Source: Chiloscyllium plagiosum (lineage: Eukaryota). From it: a stretch of DNA of 64,000 nt. The stretch is from NCBI RefSeq assembly GCF_004010195.1, contig NC_057717.1, forward strand, positions 69,770,721 to 69,834,720, in the 5' to 3' direction. The stretch's first letter is position 1. Each line of letters begins with the position of its first letter. Shown piece by piece: positions 52,130 to 64,000 of this stretch. The notes beneath the pieces were generated by a model. It made no database searches. It was not told where the DNA came from and saw nothing but the letters and a program-made list of their open reading frames with translations. Both the position numbers and the translations under genes were made by a program.

Positions 52130-53410
52130 TAAACAAAACAGAAGATGGTAGAAAAGCTTAGCAGGTGTGGCAACAGGATTTGAGGATGTACAGTACAGAT
52201 GGCTGTGGGAGTTGATGGGTTTTCAGTGAATATCCGTGGCCGGCCCATCACCAGAAATGGAAACAGAAATGTCGAGGAAGGGAAAGGAGGAGTCAGAGAT
52301 AGCCCATATGAAGGTGGGAGTGGGGTGTATATGGAAGTGAAATCAATGAATTTATTTTCCAATTCCGGACGAGAGAGAGAAGCAGCACCGATGATATAAT
52401 CGATATTTCCGAGAAAGAGTTGTGGCTCGGGCCTGAATAGCATTGGTAATTTGAAATATTCCACATACCCCACGAAGGGTCAGGCATAATTGCGCCCATG
52501 CAGATATTCATGGCCAGTCCTCTCATCAGAAAAAATAATAGAGGAGTTAAAACGTTAAAGTCGACAACAAGCTCAGCCAAATGGGAGAGAGTGATTAGAT
52601 TAGATTACTTACAGTGTGGAATCAGGCCCTTCGGCCCAATAAGTCCACACTTCCCCACCGAAGCACAACACATCCATACCCTTACATTTACCCCTTACCT
52701 AACACTACGGGCAATTTAGCATGGCCAATTCACCTCACCTGCACATCTTTCGACTGTGGGAGGAAACCGGAGCACCCGGAGGAAACCCACGCAGACACGG
52801 GGAGAACGTGCAAACTCCACACAGTCAGTCGCCTGAGGCGGAAAATGAACGCGGGTCTCTGGCACTGTGAGGCAGCAGTGCTAAGCACTGTGCCACCGTG
52901 CCACCCACAGGGTGGTTGTGGGTGTGGACAGTTCAGGCATTGCTCTGGGAGGAAGCAGAGAACGCTGAGACCATCTTGGAGAGGGAGAGAAGTGAAGAGG
53001 GATTTTATGTCCATGGTAAAGAGAAGGCTGCTCGAGCCTGAAAACTGGAAATTTTGAAATTGGCACAAAGAGCCAGCGGATTCATGGATTATTCACATAA
53101 TCTGCCAACGTATTTTACCTATTTTTAGCCACTAACAGTCCCCATTGACAGATATTCAGACTCCCACCCAGATCATTATCTACTCCTTTGTCATTCGAAC
53201 TGCTCTTCGCTTTCTTTGGGCTCTATCCTCACCTATCATTTACTTCTTAGCCTTCCCGCTACGACATTACTTCTGTACACAAACCGGCAGTTTCCTAGTT
53301 ACCATCAGTTCTAAAGGAAGATGTCAACTCTGATTTCTCTTCACAGATTCTGGCAGACCTTTGAGATTTTTCAGCAACGTATGTTCTTTTTCTGCATTTA
53401 CACCGTTCTT
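52130..53410 (-). mobile_element. Decayed PLE RT fragment with inverted terminus, interrupted by a SINE
   Basis: FTMDIKSLFTSLPLQDGL and GLAMNICMG. Confidence 0.75.
52594..52903 (-). mobile_element. HE1-type SINE, young
   Basis: Reverse complement of the 2204-2529 family with a (GATTA)n tail. Confidence 0.92.
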
Positions 53411-55519
53411 TTAGTTTATATTTTTGATTGTCCTGTGTAAAGTGTGCTTTTGATGACATAAAAAATATGAGGCTGATGCACTTTTTTGTACGGAGAGTCT
53501 GTCATCAAGGGAAACGATTCCAGAACACATATTTGAATAAACTTAAAGTAAAAAGAGTCCGAGAGTCAGCTGCTCAGTCAGAGCAAAACAGGGTGTTGAA
53601 AGATTGAAGTTATCTGTGACATGGAGATCAGGACAGAGTCAGATTAGCTACGAACCTATTGAATAATAGAGCAGGTTGGAAGGGCTCAATGGCTTCCTGG
53701 TTGATTTTAATTGTGTTTGATCTGAACAAAAAAAAATACAACTTTGCTCCTTCCCCTTCAGTGTTACAAATTCCGGGACTGATAGTTTCCTGAAACTGAG
53801 ATTGTTTGGAACAGTATCTGGAACATTCTATTAACAACATCATTCATAAAATTCTAAAAGTGAATATCTCCATAACATTCTCCAATCATGCGTCGGTTTT
53901 CCATAGGTGAGGGAGATAGAGAGAGAGTGTAGAAGGTGCTGCATGCAAGAGTTAGAAAGGTGGAGTATCAGACTTTTTCGAAGGTAGGTGCTACAACAGA
54001 TATGCAATGATTATGAGGAAGCAGAGAGAATACGGTGACACTTATCCTGGCAGAGTGTGTAAGGTAATTGACGCTTATTATGTATCACTGGACATTTCTT
54101 CAGACCGCAGATTCTGCACTGAGTTGGATGGTGAGCAAAGACCAGATATTTGCGTCTGGTGGTGGGCCCTCAAATGAATAGGAAATGGTCCACTCTGCAC
54201 CAGCACAAACACCAGGATCTCCAGGACCCTGTCCACAATTTGTGGTACAATTGCTCCTCATCTGCCATGCTCGCAGAAAAAACATGCAGGGCAACTCAGA
54301 ACAGAGAATCTCGACCTTGTGCCCAATGACCACTTACAGATAGCATGAGTGCCATGGATCATGGAATATGCAGGGATTCGGCAGCCCTGAGTAACTCTAG
54401 TCATGATTGGAGAATTAGGCTGGCATTGGATGGGAGGGAAGCTATGCCATGTGGTAGATCTGTAACAAGGTGAGTTTGATAAAGTAGCAGCAGGAAATGA
54501 AATTGGCCTCGTGCAGATGATTCATCTCTCAAACTCAGTCAAAACGACATGAGCAAAAAATATTGTTAGATTCATCCTAATGACTCTGTTGACCCCACTT
54601 CCTGTTACAAAGCTACAGAACAAATACTTTTCTAACCATCTCCAATTTCCAAACTCGCATGAAAGTCCTGTTCGCGCATCATTCATGGAAACACTGGCTC
54701 GTGTTGCAAGGTGATCTCGAAATGATTTCATTTCAGCATGCTGAAGCCTGCTAACACATCCTTACAGATTATTGTCTCTCAGTGTCCCGTTGTCTGTCTA
54801 TATCCCCAAACCATCCCAATTCTTAGTGTTTAAACTGATTGCCCCAACACCTCTCTCTGGCAGTGATTTTGACATCCATTGTACCCCTTGCCATGGCACA
54901 CTCGAAGTATGGAGCTGCGAATGGATGGAGTTGCACATTATGTCCCTTTTAGCATGGGCTGTAATTGTCCCCACACTGGCCAGTGATCTAATGCAGTTCA
55001 ACCGAGCAATGCACTGGGTCTACATGGCTATACATGTTGAGTAGTTAACTGCTCCAGGTTTACACATCAGTTCATTGGTGTTCATGGCGCAGCTCCCTCT
55101 GCTGCACAGGTATCGATTTCAAGTGTATAGGTCCATGTACTGGCGTGGTCTGCACAGTGATGATCTCTGAACAGATTGCTGTCTTGCATTGACCATTTCA
55201 TTAGATTGATCAGCACAGTGCTCTGTGATGAAAAGATATCTCAGCTAGATCCATGATGTTGGGGCTGATTTTGTGAGTTGGATTGAGAATAAGATGTAAC
55301 CATTTCAGATGATCTTGCAATTTTGTTTTGTTCTCATCCTTCTGACTGGACTGTCCTAACTCTCATTCCACTAATGTTGGGAGTGTGGCCATGCATAATA
55401 TTTCATGTTGGTGAATGTCTTCAGTATTAGCCAGCCTTTTCCATTGTCTTCGGATCTCTACACAGAACGAAAGGATGCTTCTTTGATGAAGATCATACAC
55501 TTGCTACCAGGGTGAAAAC

Positions 55520-55745
55520 ATCTCCCCCTCCCCACTCCCCACCATCAATGAAACACATCCAGTATCCCACGTGTACTGAGAGCAATGGAGCCAGTGGAAA
55601 CATCAGGGAACAGACCATCAGGGAAATGAAACAACACGTCTGATGTCTCAGCCAATCATTGTGAACCCTCCAGAACACATTTTCCCACTAAGTGGTGTAG
55701 TCTCCCTCCATTTCAGTAACACATTGCCTTCTATTCTTTTCAAAA
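55520..55745 (+). mobile_element. Harbinger transposase C-terminal relic, paralogous to 39650-39880
   Basis: CTESNGASGNIREQTIREMKQHV*CLSQSL*TLQ, with shared GAGAGCAATGGAGCCA and CCATTTCAGTAAC. Confidence 0.7.
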
Positions 55746-56204
55746 AAAGATCAGTTTCCTTTGTTGACTTCCAATTGTCGAATTGTTTTCCATGCTTATC
55801 CATTTACAGATTTTCTGCCCATTCTCGATAAATTCATTTCCTGAATATTATCCATACATTTATTTAGAATACATTTGTTTCATTTATCAAAATTGTTCAT
55901 ACGGGTAGCAAATAGTCAAGGATCTAGCATTGGTCACTGTGTCATTACTGTCAGTATTAAATGTTAAATTGATAAAGACTAACTTATCCCAAACTTATCC
56001 CTGCTTCCGGCTCGTTATTCAGAGTTCACCATAATCCAGTGTAGCATCTTTGAAACTCTGAATGTTCCCTTCCATTTCCTGTAGAACAGGCATGAGCAAT
56101 GGAAAGAACTGTTCCAGTTGCTGAACAACAGTCTCGAATGGCTAAACTGCCTCATTCTGTTCCTGTTTTAAAAATCTTGATGGGCTGAATAGAAACAGGA
56201 AGGT

Positions 56205-56530
56205 TACTTCCTAAGGCGGGTGAAATTATAACTGGGAGGCAAATCCTCAAAGAAAGGGAACATATTTAGGACTGAGTTGAGGAGGAACGATTTCATCCAA
56301 AGGGTTGTGAATATGGGGAAGTCCCTGCCTAGTGGAGACGTTGGGGCTACTTCGTTGAATGTATTTGAGGCAAAGATTGGTAGATTTTTGAACAGCAAAG
56401 GAATTAAGCGTGATGGTGAACATGTGGATAAGTGGAGCTGAGTGCAAGAAAAGATCAGCCATGATCCTATTGAACAGCAGAGCAGTCTTGAGGAACCACA
56501 TGGTCTCCTCCTGGTCTTTCTTCTTATGTG
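56205..56530 (+). mobile_element. CR1 3' end
   Basis: TTTAGGACTGAGTTGAGGAGGAAC and AGATCAGCCATGATC tail region. Confidence 0.75.
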
Positions 56531-57099
56531 TTTACGGACTGGCCTAATATTACTGCATTTGTCTGCAAAGTGCCAGATGACTCGAGTTTCAGGAGTGATT
56601 TCCACTGGGAGCCTATGTTTGATGAATGGTTAATGATGTGTGAACTCTCGCTTTGACACTCACATTGAATTAGATCCACTGCTTACTGAATGCTATCCAC
56701 AGAGCAACTCGTTATTCACTGGAGATTCTGGAATGAATGACCATCCCGGGCACCAGTGCAAACTTTCAATCCCGATAGTGCCCTGCAATAAACCTAGCCA
56801 GTTTGGAGGTACCCTGCACAGTTCCCTGATATTAAGCCTGCACGTCGCACTCTGGGACAAATTTCTTCTGTCCACAAAACAAATTTGTAAGTGTGGTAAT
56901 GTAACTTCTCCTTCATGGGAAGGTTCACAAGCAAGTCTTCCTTTTCCCCCAATGGAGGCTATGCTACAAGGCCAGGCCAGCCAGCTCAGAAGTTGCCACC
57001 CAGACCAGAGCAGTCTCAGCCACCTGGAGAATTGCAAAACATTGTACGGAGATCATTGTCCTTCTACACGTCGGCAGCATAAGGGGACATCAAGTGAGA

Positions 57100-58142
57100 A
57101 GTCGCATGGGGTCAGGTTGTTCTAGCTAGATGGATAGACAACTGGTTAGGTAACAGGAGACAGAGGGAGCTCCTCAAAACGGAGACCTGTGAAAAGCGGT
57201 GTCTCACAGGGATCTGCGCTGGGACCACAGCTGTTTGTGTTATACATAAATGACTTGGAGGAATGTGTAGGTTGCCTCATTAGCAAAATTGCAGATGACA
57301 CTAAGACTGGTGGAGTAGAAAATAATGAAGGGGACTGTTATAAATACAGCAGCATATGGATGGATTGGAGAGCTGGGCAGAGAAATGGCAGATGGATTTT
57401 AATCCGGACAAAGTGATGAGATGCAATTGGGAAGATGTAATTCCAGAGCGAACTATATAGTAAATAAAAACGTTCAAGGGACAGTTGAAGGACAGAGAAA
57501 TCTGGGTGTTTAGGTCCATTGTTCCCTGAAGGCAACAACGCAGGACAATCTACTGTTCACGAAGGCATACAGCATGCTTTCCTTCATCGGACGGGGTATT
57601 GAGTACAAGAATTAGCAGGTCATGTTACAGTTGTATAAGAATTTGGTTTGGCCACATTTGGAATACTGCATACAGTTTTAGTCGCTACATTGCCAAAAGA
57701 ATGTGGATGCTTTGGAGAGGGAGCAGAGGAGGTTCACCAGGATGTTGCCTGGTTTGGAGGCTGCTAGCTATGAGTAAAGCTTGAGTATATTATTATTATT
57801 ATCATTGGAAAAAAAGAGGTTGAGTGTGGTCCTGATTGAATCCTACAGAATTATTGGAGACACGTTGGATAGCAAGAGCGGAGGACCCAGTTACTACGGG
57901 TCACGAGTTCAAAGTGAGAGGACAAATTTTGGCAGATATACATGGAACGTTCTTCACACAGAGGGTGGCAGTAGTGGCGGGAATGATCACGACTTTAAAG
58001 ATGTACCTGAACAGACACACGAATGGGTAGGGAGCAAAGGGATACAAATCCTTAGAAATCAAGTGGCAATTTTAGACGGAGAATATGAATTGACGCAGGC
58101 TTGGAGGGCTGAAGGACCTGTTCCTGTGCTGTAATGTTCTTT
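57100..58142 (+). mobile_element. CR1 RT and 3' end, decayed
   Basis: SGVSQGSALGPQLFVLYINDLEE..SKIADDTK. Confidence 0.88.
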
Positions 58143-58807
58143 GTCCTTTGCTTTCTTTTTGTTTGAGAATCTAGCCATTCCTCTCGAGAAGAATGAAGAA
58201 GAGGCAACGGGATTACCTTAACTTCCACGCAGGCCTCACAAAACATCGCGATTCAATTGCCATTAAACTCGCCATAACCCTTATCACTCAGATTACACAG
58301 AAGCAGTTTGTCTGTAATTTAGAAACAGCAAGAAGAATTAAATACTGATAAGAGTTTTATGTCTAAGTCAAAACTGCAGAGCAAATTTTATGCATGTTAT
58401 AAACAGGAAATTAGATATTCAAGTACAGATATTACCATCAAAACTCAACAAGTTTGGTATCATCAGGAGGAAAGAAGCAGTGATACATTTCAAGTCTGTG
58501 TCTTGTCACCGAAAAAGTTTCTGTTTCCGATGTCCTGCATTTGCAGATCTTTGTTTCATTTGAGATTGGCTAGTATTCTGCATACAACAGTATTGATCTG
58601 GGGAGAAGGGGAAGTGGTTACGGCTGAAGGGGAGGAGATGGGTCAGTTACAGCTGAAGGCCCTGTCCATCAGAGGTCGTGGGTGGGGGAAGAATTCTCGG
58701 GTGAGGGAAAAGGAAGTCATTATAGAGGTACCCCACTGTAATTGGACATCATCTCAAATGATGTGACGGATTTTTTAAAATGCAGGAATGTGGTTACCCT
58801 TAGCTTT

Positions 58808-59140
58808 GGGTTACACAGTGGCACAGTGGTTAGAACTGCTGCCTCACAGAATCAGGTACCCTGGCTCAATTACACCCTAGGGCGAAGGTCTGCGTGGAAT
58901 TTGCACACACTCTCCATGTCTCTGGGAGTTTTCTCAGCGTGCTGTGGTTTCGTCCCACAATCCAGGTTCGGTATGTTGGCCATGGTAAATTGCCTTGCAG
59001 TGTCCAGTAATGTCTAGGCTAGGTGGTTTAACTATAGATGATGTAGGGTTACAGGATCGGATGGGGGTACCTAGTGGGATGTCCATCAAGGGGTCAGTTA
59101 GACTCGATGGGTTGAATGGCCTTTTTCACACTGTTGCGAA
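58808..59140 (+). mobile_element. HE1-type SINE, diverged
   Basis: GTGGCACAGTGGTTAGAACTGCTGCCTCACAG head and GGCCTTTTTCACACTG tail. Confidence 0.8.
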
Positions 59141-59279
59141 TCTATTACAATCTTTGTGTTTGGCAACTCTCGCCGTAGTACTACAATTAATTCTGTTACT
59201 TCCACCCTCATCTGGCTTACAGAAATGCAATACTTCACAGTTAACTAATTGGCCACTCATTGGCCCATCTGATCAATGT

Positions 59280-60590
59280 CCTGTTGTACACTGAAATAAT
59301 CTTCTTCACTCTCGACTGCACACCAAGTTTGGTGTTATCTGAAAACTTACTAACTACTTCTCCTACATTAAAATACATGTTATTTGTTAAGTTACTGGAA
59401 CCATTGGACACCGCACCGATCCTTGCAGCACACTAAACTTCACCAGCCACCAGTCAGAAAGAAGAGTCCACCATCACCCTCTGTCTTCTGCCTTTCAGCG
59501 AATTTTGTCTCTGAAAGGTTGGTCTCCCTGGATTCATATTAATCTTACCTTACTAAACAGTCTGAAATGTGGATCTTTGTTGAACACATTGCTGAAGCCA
59601 ATATAGACGTTGTCAAATATTGTGTCTTCATCAATCTTCTTCAAAAAATGTCATACAAATTAGTGACACGTAGATTCCCATGCGCACAGCCATGCTAACT
59701 ATCCATAATCAGTCTGAGCCTTTGTAAGACATGGAATCCTGTCCCTCAGAATCTCCTCTAGCATTTTAGCCGTGACTGCTCATTGGTTTATGGATTTTCC
59801 ACGCCACTTTTTTAAATAATGGCACTCATTCGGTACTCTCCAGTCTTCCATCACGTTACTTAAGACTATCCATGATACGAATACCTCAGCGAGGATCTCA
59901 GCAATGACTTCTAAAGCTTTCCACAAAGGTCTACCATACAACGGATCAGGTTCCAGAGAATTATCCACGTGTATGCACTTTAAGACGTTCAGTATCTCCT
60001 CCTCTGCAATGTGGACAGTTCCCAAGATGATCTTTTTTTTTTCTCCTTCTCCACAATAAATAATGATTCAAAATATTCGTTTCATACCTCATCTTTCTCC
60101 TGTGGTCCCATCCGTTGGTGACCATGCTGATGTTTCAGTGGCCTTAATCTCTTCTTAGTTACTCTTTTGTGCTTAATGCATTTGCAGAATCCCTTCAGAA
60201 TCCAGTCTTCCTCATTTACCAATGCTATGTCATGCTCCACTTTGCAGTCCTGAATACCTTCTTGAGTATACTCCTACTAACCTTGTACTGTTTTAGGGAC
60301 TCATTCGTTCCCTGCTGCCTGCACTTGTTTTTTTTATTTCCTTCTTTTCATTGATCAAAGCCTCAATTTCCCTTGTCATCCAACCCACCAGACTTGCATT
60401 TCATACTGTCAGAAACATACCACCTCTGGAGATCCATAACTTCATTTTGAATGTTTCCCAATTTCCATGTATCCTGTTACCTGGGGATATGTTTTCCCAA
60501 TAAACTTTCCAAAGTGTTTGATGCACGTTTTCAAAATTGGCTGGCTAGATTCAGAACTTTAAACCAAGGTATCCTTTTACATAACTATTT
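59280..60590 (-). mobile_element. Old CR1 ORF2 fragment, part of the duplicated cassette
   Basis: EEEILNVLKCIHVDNSLEPDPLYGRPLWKA..EDWRVPN. Confidence 0.8.
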
Positions 60591-60610
60591 TAAATCCGGT
60601 AGTTACAACG

Positions 60611-61020
60611 TAACAGGCTCGAGAGGCTGAATGATCCCCTCATGTTCATATATAACAGACTGGAGAAGCTGAACGGCATCTTTCTGCGCCGTTGTAACAC
60701 ATTCCAGAGGCTGAACATACTCCTCATGTTGTTCAGTGAAGACTCGAGAGGCTGAACTAATAATCTATGTTCCTGTATAACAGACTAGAGAAGCTGAATA
60801 TTCTCTGCCTGTTCCCGTATGACAGGATCGAGAGGCTGAATGGGCACTTTTGCTACTTCCGTAGTAGACACAAGAGGCTGATTGGCATTCTTCTGTTCCA
60901 CTGTAAGAGACTGGAGCAGCTGAATTGCCTCCACAAGAGGCTGAATGGTCTTGGCGTGTTCATGTATAACAGACTTGAAAGGATGATTGGGCTCTTCCTG
61001 TCCTCTGTAACAGGCTCAAA
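60611..61020. repeat. 42-bp satellite, about 9-10 units
   Basis: TAACAG at 60611 and 60653, and recurrent GAGAGGCTGAA. Confidence 0.9.
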
Positions 61021-61865
61021 ATATTAAATGAACGGCCGTTAAACTGGTGGAGGTCCCTCTATTCTCAGTTATACAAATTTAAAAACACAGCGTAATCCAA
61101 GTGTTCTTTCAGTGATACCTCATTTGCTGCAGTAATCCTTCTCTATGTTTTGAATGATTCTCCTTGCAAGACCTGTCAACATTCCAATTTTCTACCTCTC
61201 AAGTGGTTATTTTTTCGAGTGGGCTAAATGGACTCCTTCTACCCCTCTATAGTAGGCACATGGAGACTCAATTTTTTTCCGGGTTTCTGAACAGCCACAT
61301 CAATGGTCCTAATAATGTCTCAAGATTATGAAAGAATGCGATAAAGGGCGCTTAACAATAGGAGCAGCAATATTCAAAGTCAGTGATCAATAAATGTTGT
61401 TATCCTGCGTTCTGCTCTCTTGAAATTACCTGAACAGTCATTATCTGCAGCTGGTCAGTTAATATATTTCTGTCTCCTATTATAAACTGTATATAACATA
61501 TATGCAATCCTGCTGTGCTCTGGCATTACTCCTACATGCAAAGAAAAAGAATAAAAATATTGGAAGTTTTATGGCCCATTCATCACGAACCCTCATACAT
61601 TCTATCCAGACCAAGTAATAGTTCCTCTTCTTGTAACACAAAGAGTGCGATAAGGAAGGCGTGAATCGAACCTGTTTGATCGGCGACTGTGATTAATGTC
61701 AGTCTCCATAAATTCTAAGTATCACGACAAATGTTCTCTGAACAATTTGTTACCCCATAGTTTGAGCAGAAACAGCACCCCGTAGCACTAACAGTTATCA
61801 AGAGCTGCAGAGAGAGGGGGAGAAGAGATCAGTAACTGTGAACATTAGAGTGGAATGTGACAACA

Positions 61866-62044
61866 ATAGAGCAGAATCTGAGAATAATTGACGGAAATAT
61901 TCCAACTCTGGAGAGGAGTTTATCCTGGAATGTTTGGTATCTTTCTGCACATTATCAGATATCATTAATCACTGTGGCTGCAGTATGCTCTTTTGATGAT
62001 TCAATGATTTCATTATCCTATCCTGGCTATCATTGGTGTCCATG
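61866..62044 (+). pseudogene. Inactivated paralog of the GPR139-like exon 1
   Basis: IEQNLRIIDGNIPTLERSLSWNVWYLS, then after a frameshift LWLQYALLMIQ*FHYPILAIIGVH. Both ATGs are lost (ATA, CTG), there is an in-frame TGA, and the donor has changed from G|GTAAGT to G|TTAAAT. Confidence 0.8.
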
Positions 62045-62892
62045 TTAAATCTCACTGTCCAGTTATTATTCCTATAAACACTATGTAACAATACTACGAT
62101 TATCTTCATTTACTCCACACTCCTTGCCACTGTTATTGTCCTCGCTGAGAGTCTGAATTCAGATATTCACTCTTCAAATCACGATTAACTACATCAGTGA
62201 TCTTATTCGTTCAATCTCTTCCTCCAGCTTCTGGCAGTCTCTCTCATGGGTATCTCTGAAGAACAACTCAGTTTCAGGTGTGAACCAGGATTCATTGTAT
62301 CACTGCACTTATTAATTAAATATTGGGGGCATGGTGGTCACCGTCTTCTGTTATGGTTACAAAACCATTTTTTCGTCTGACCCCATGCCATCCTTGACCA
62401 ATATCTGAGGATGAAACAGACGAAATACAACTATATTGATCTCTTTGGCCATGAGCTGATTCCTGAAACCGTAACCCGTCCATTCCTAATGTTAACTACT
62501 AACACCTCCAGAATATACTTCACTGACTCACCCCAACTCTTATTTGAAACTTTACAGATGAAATACAGTCTGCGTAATGCCAAGAATCTACTGCTAACAC
62601 TCCCAGCTTCAAATCTGCACAAACAAATGCACTCCACGGCCGATATTCAAACTCGTACTAAAACCCCATTCATCCATCATTCCTGTGTGCGCTGATTATT
62701 CGTGGGTCTGACAATGCATTTACTATAACATTCTGAAACACATCATCGCAAGTACCAAGAAACGTCCTTCAGCCTCTCTCTCTGTCACTTACCTAAAATG
62801 TTACCAGTTGTTCAAATTTAAACTGATTTCCTCCATGCGTGTTCTCTCTGAAGCAACAGTTGTCACATGTAGCCAGCCCCTACCTTCCACTA

Positions 62893-62904
62893 TACACACA
62901 TAAA

Positions 62905-62935
<31 letters not shown>

Positions 62936-62956
62936 GCACACACACACACACACACA
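62893..62956. repeat. (CT)n(CA)n microsatellite
   Basis: Seen directly in the sequence. Confidence 0.9.
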
Positions 62957-63409
62957 ACTTGTCTTGTTCTGGTGCTATCCTAACATAGAAATATAAATTC
63001 GTGTAAGCCCAATTTAATGTCACGTACACCAGAGACTGGAAGTTTCCCCGTGTTCGGCAGTTACTTTGTGCAAGTATAATGGCAATATATTGGCAAAGGT
63101 TTGCAATGTTCCCATGCTGGGAATATAGTCCAGTTTATTGAGCAAAACACGAGCACAGTCTGCAAAGTTCTCCATGCTGTACTGTTACCTTATCTCAATT
63201 TATGGTATCTGAACTGGTTCTGTGAGACAGGTTCAGAATTCGATGATGCAAATCATTTCAATTGATCTGACAATGTCGTTGCTGAATGTTGTCCTCCCCC
63301 ACTCCTATTCAGCATCTTTGAAGGGGTGAAAAAGAAGAATGAGAATCAGTTAGCAATTCAGCCCCTCAAGCATGCTACACCAGTTAATACAATCATGCCT
63401 GATTTCAAC

Positions 63410-64000
63410 TCAGAGCTTAAAAATGTGTTGCTGGAAAAGCCCAGCAGGTCAGGCAGCATCAAAGGAGCAGGAGAATCGACGTTTCGGGCATAAACCCTTC
63501 TTCAGGAATGAGGAGGGTATGCCAAGCAGGCTAAGATAAAAGATAGGTGAGAGGCCGGAGGGGGGGGGGGGGTGGAGAGGTCGGGAAGAAGATTGCAGTT
63601 CAAGAAGGCGGTGCTGAGTCTGCGGGTTGGGACTGAGATAAGATAGGGGGAGGGGAAATGAGGAAACTGGATAAATCTGCATTCATCCCTTGTGGTTGGA
63701 GGGTTCCTAGACGCAAGATGAGGCGCTCTTCCTCCAGGCGTCGTGTTGCTATGGTCTGGCGATGGAGGTGGCCAAGGACCTGCATGTCCTTGGCGGAGTG
63801 TGAGGGGGAATTAAAGTGTTCAGCCACAGGGCGATTGAGTTGGTTGGTGCGGGTGTCCCAGAGGTGTTCTCTGAAACGTTCCGCAAGTAGGCAGCTTGTC
63901 TCTCCAACATAGAGGAGGCTACATCGGGTTCAGCTGATGCAGTAAATGATGTCTGTGGAGGTGCAGGTGAATTTGTGACGGATATGGAAGGATCCCTTGG
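63410..64000 (-). mobile_element. Young Penelope-like element 3' end, running off the window
   Basis: AEHFNSPSHSAKDMQVLGHLHRQTIATRRLEEERLILRLGTLQPQGMNAD. Confidence 0.92.
63478..63505 (-). ncRNA. Minimal hammerhead ribozyme motif
   Basis: Minus strand reads CTGAAGA-a-GGGT-TTAT-GCCC-GAAA-CGTC. Confidence 0.7.

Noticed and set aside
54000-55330. Possible further Harbinger transposase or Myb/SANT partner remnants
   Set aside because: Only faint motif hints were visible, too weak to call without a search.
56640-57125. 161-aa and 114-aa ORFs on opposite strands
   Set aside because: No recognisable domain or splice context. Possibly a decayed L1/Tx1 end, but this is unsupported.

Overview
Eukaryotic, repeat-dense scaffold with three N-gaps. 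The repeat families (HE1-type tRNA SINE, HER1/CR1 LINEs, abundant Penelope-like elements) point to a shark or other elasmobranch genome; that is an inference from recalled family motifs, not a database search. Most ORF-track entries are decayed retroelement fragments (CR1, Penelope-like RT/GIY-YIG, Rex1/Babar, Vingi-like), alongside Harbinger and Tigger-like DNA transposon relics and several minisatellites. The only host-gene signal is an intact first coding exon of a GPR139/GPR142-like GPCR (36413-36581, phase-1 GTAAGT donor) with a candidate promoter. A decayed paralog of the same promoter plus exon 1 cassette lies about 25 kb downstream (about 61.9-62.0 kb), and I found no exon 2 in the window. 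Less obvious structures are: a decayed tandem array with about 1.25 kb period carrying two tRNA-Ile(AAT) pseudogenes (26.3-29.2 kb); several minimal hammerhead ribozyme motifs in Penelope termini; a 176-bp spacerless palindrome built from one such terminus inside the GPCR intron; and a 91-bp LINE fragment captured between 48-bp direct repeats. All family calls and element boundaries were made by eye and are approximate.
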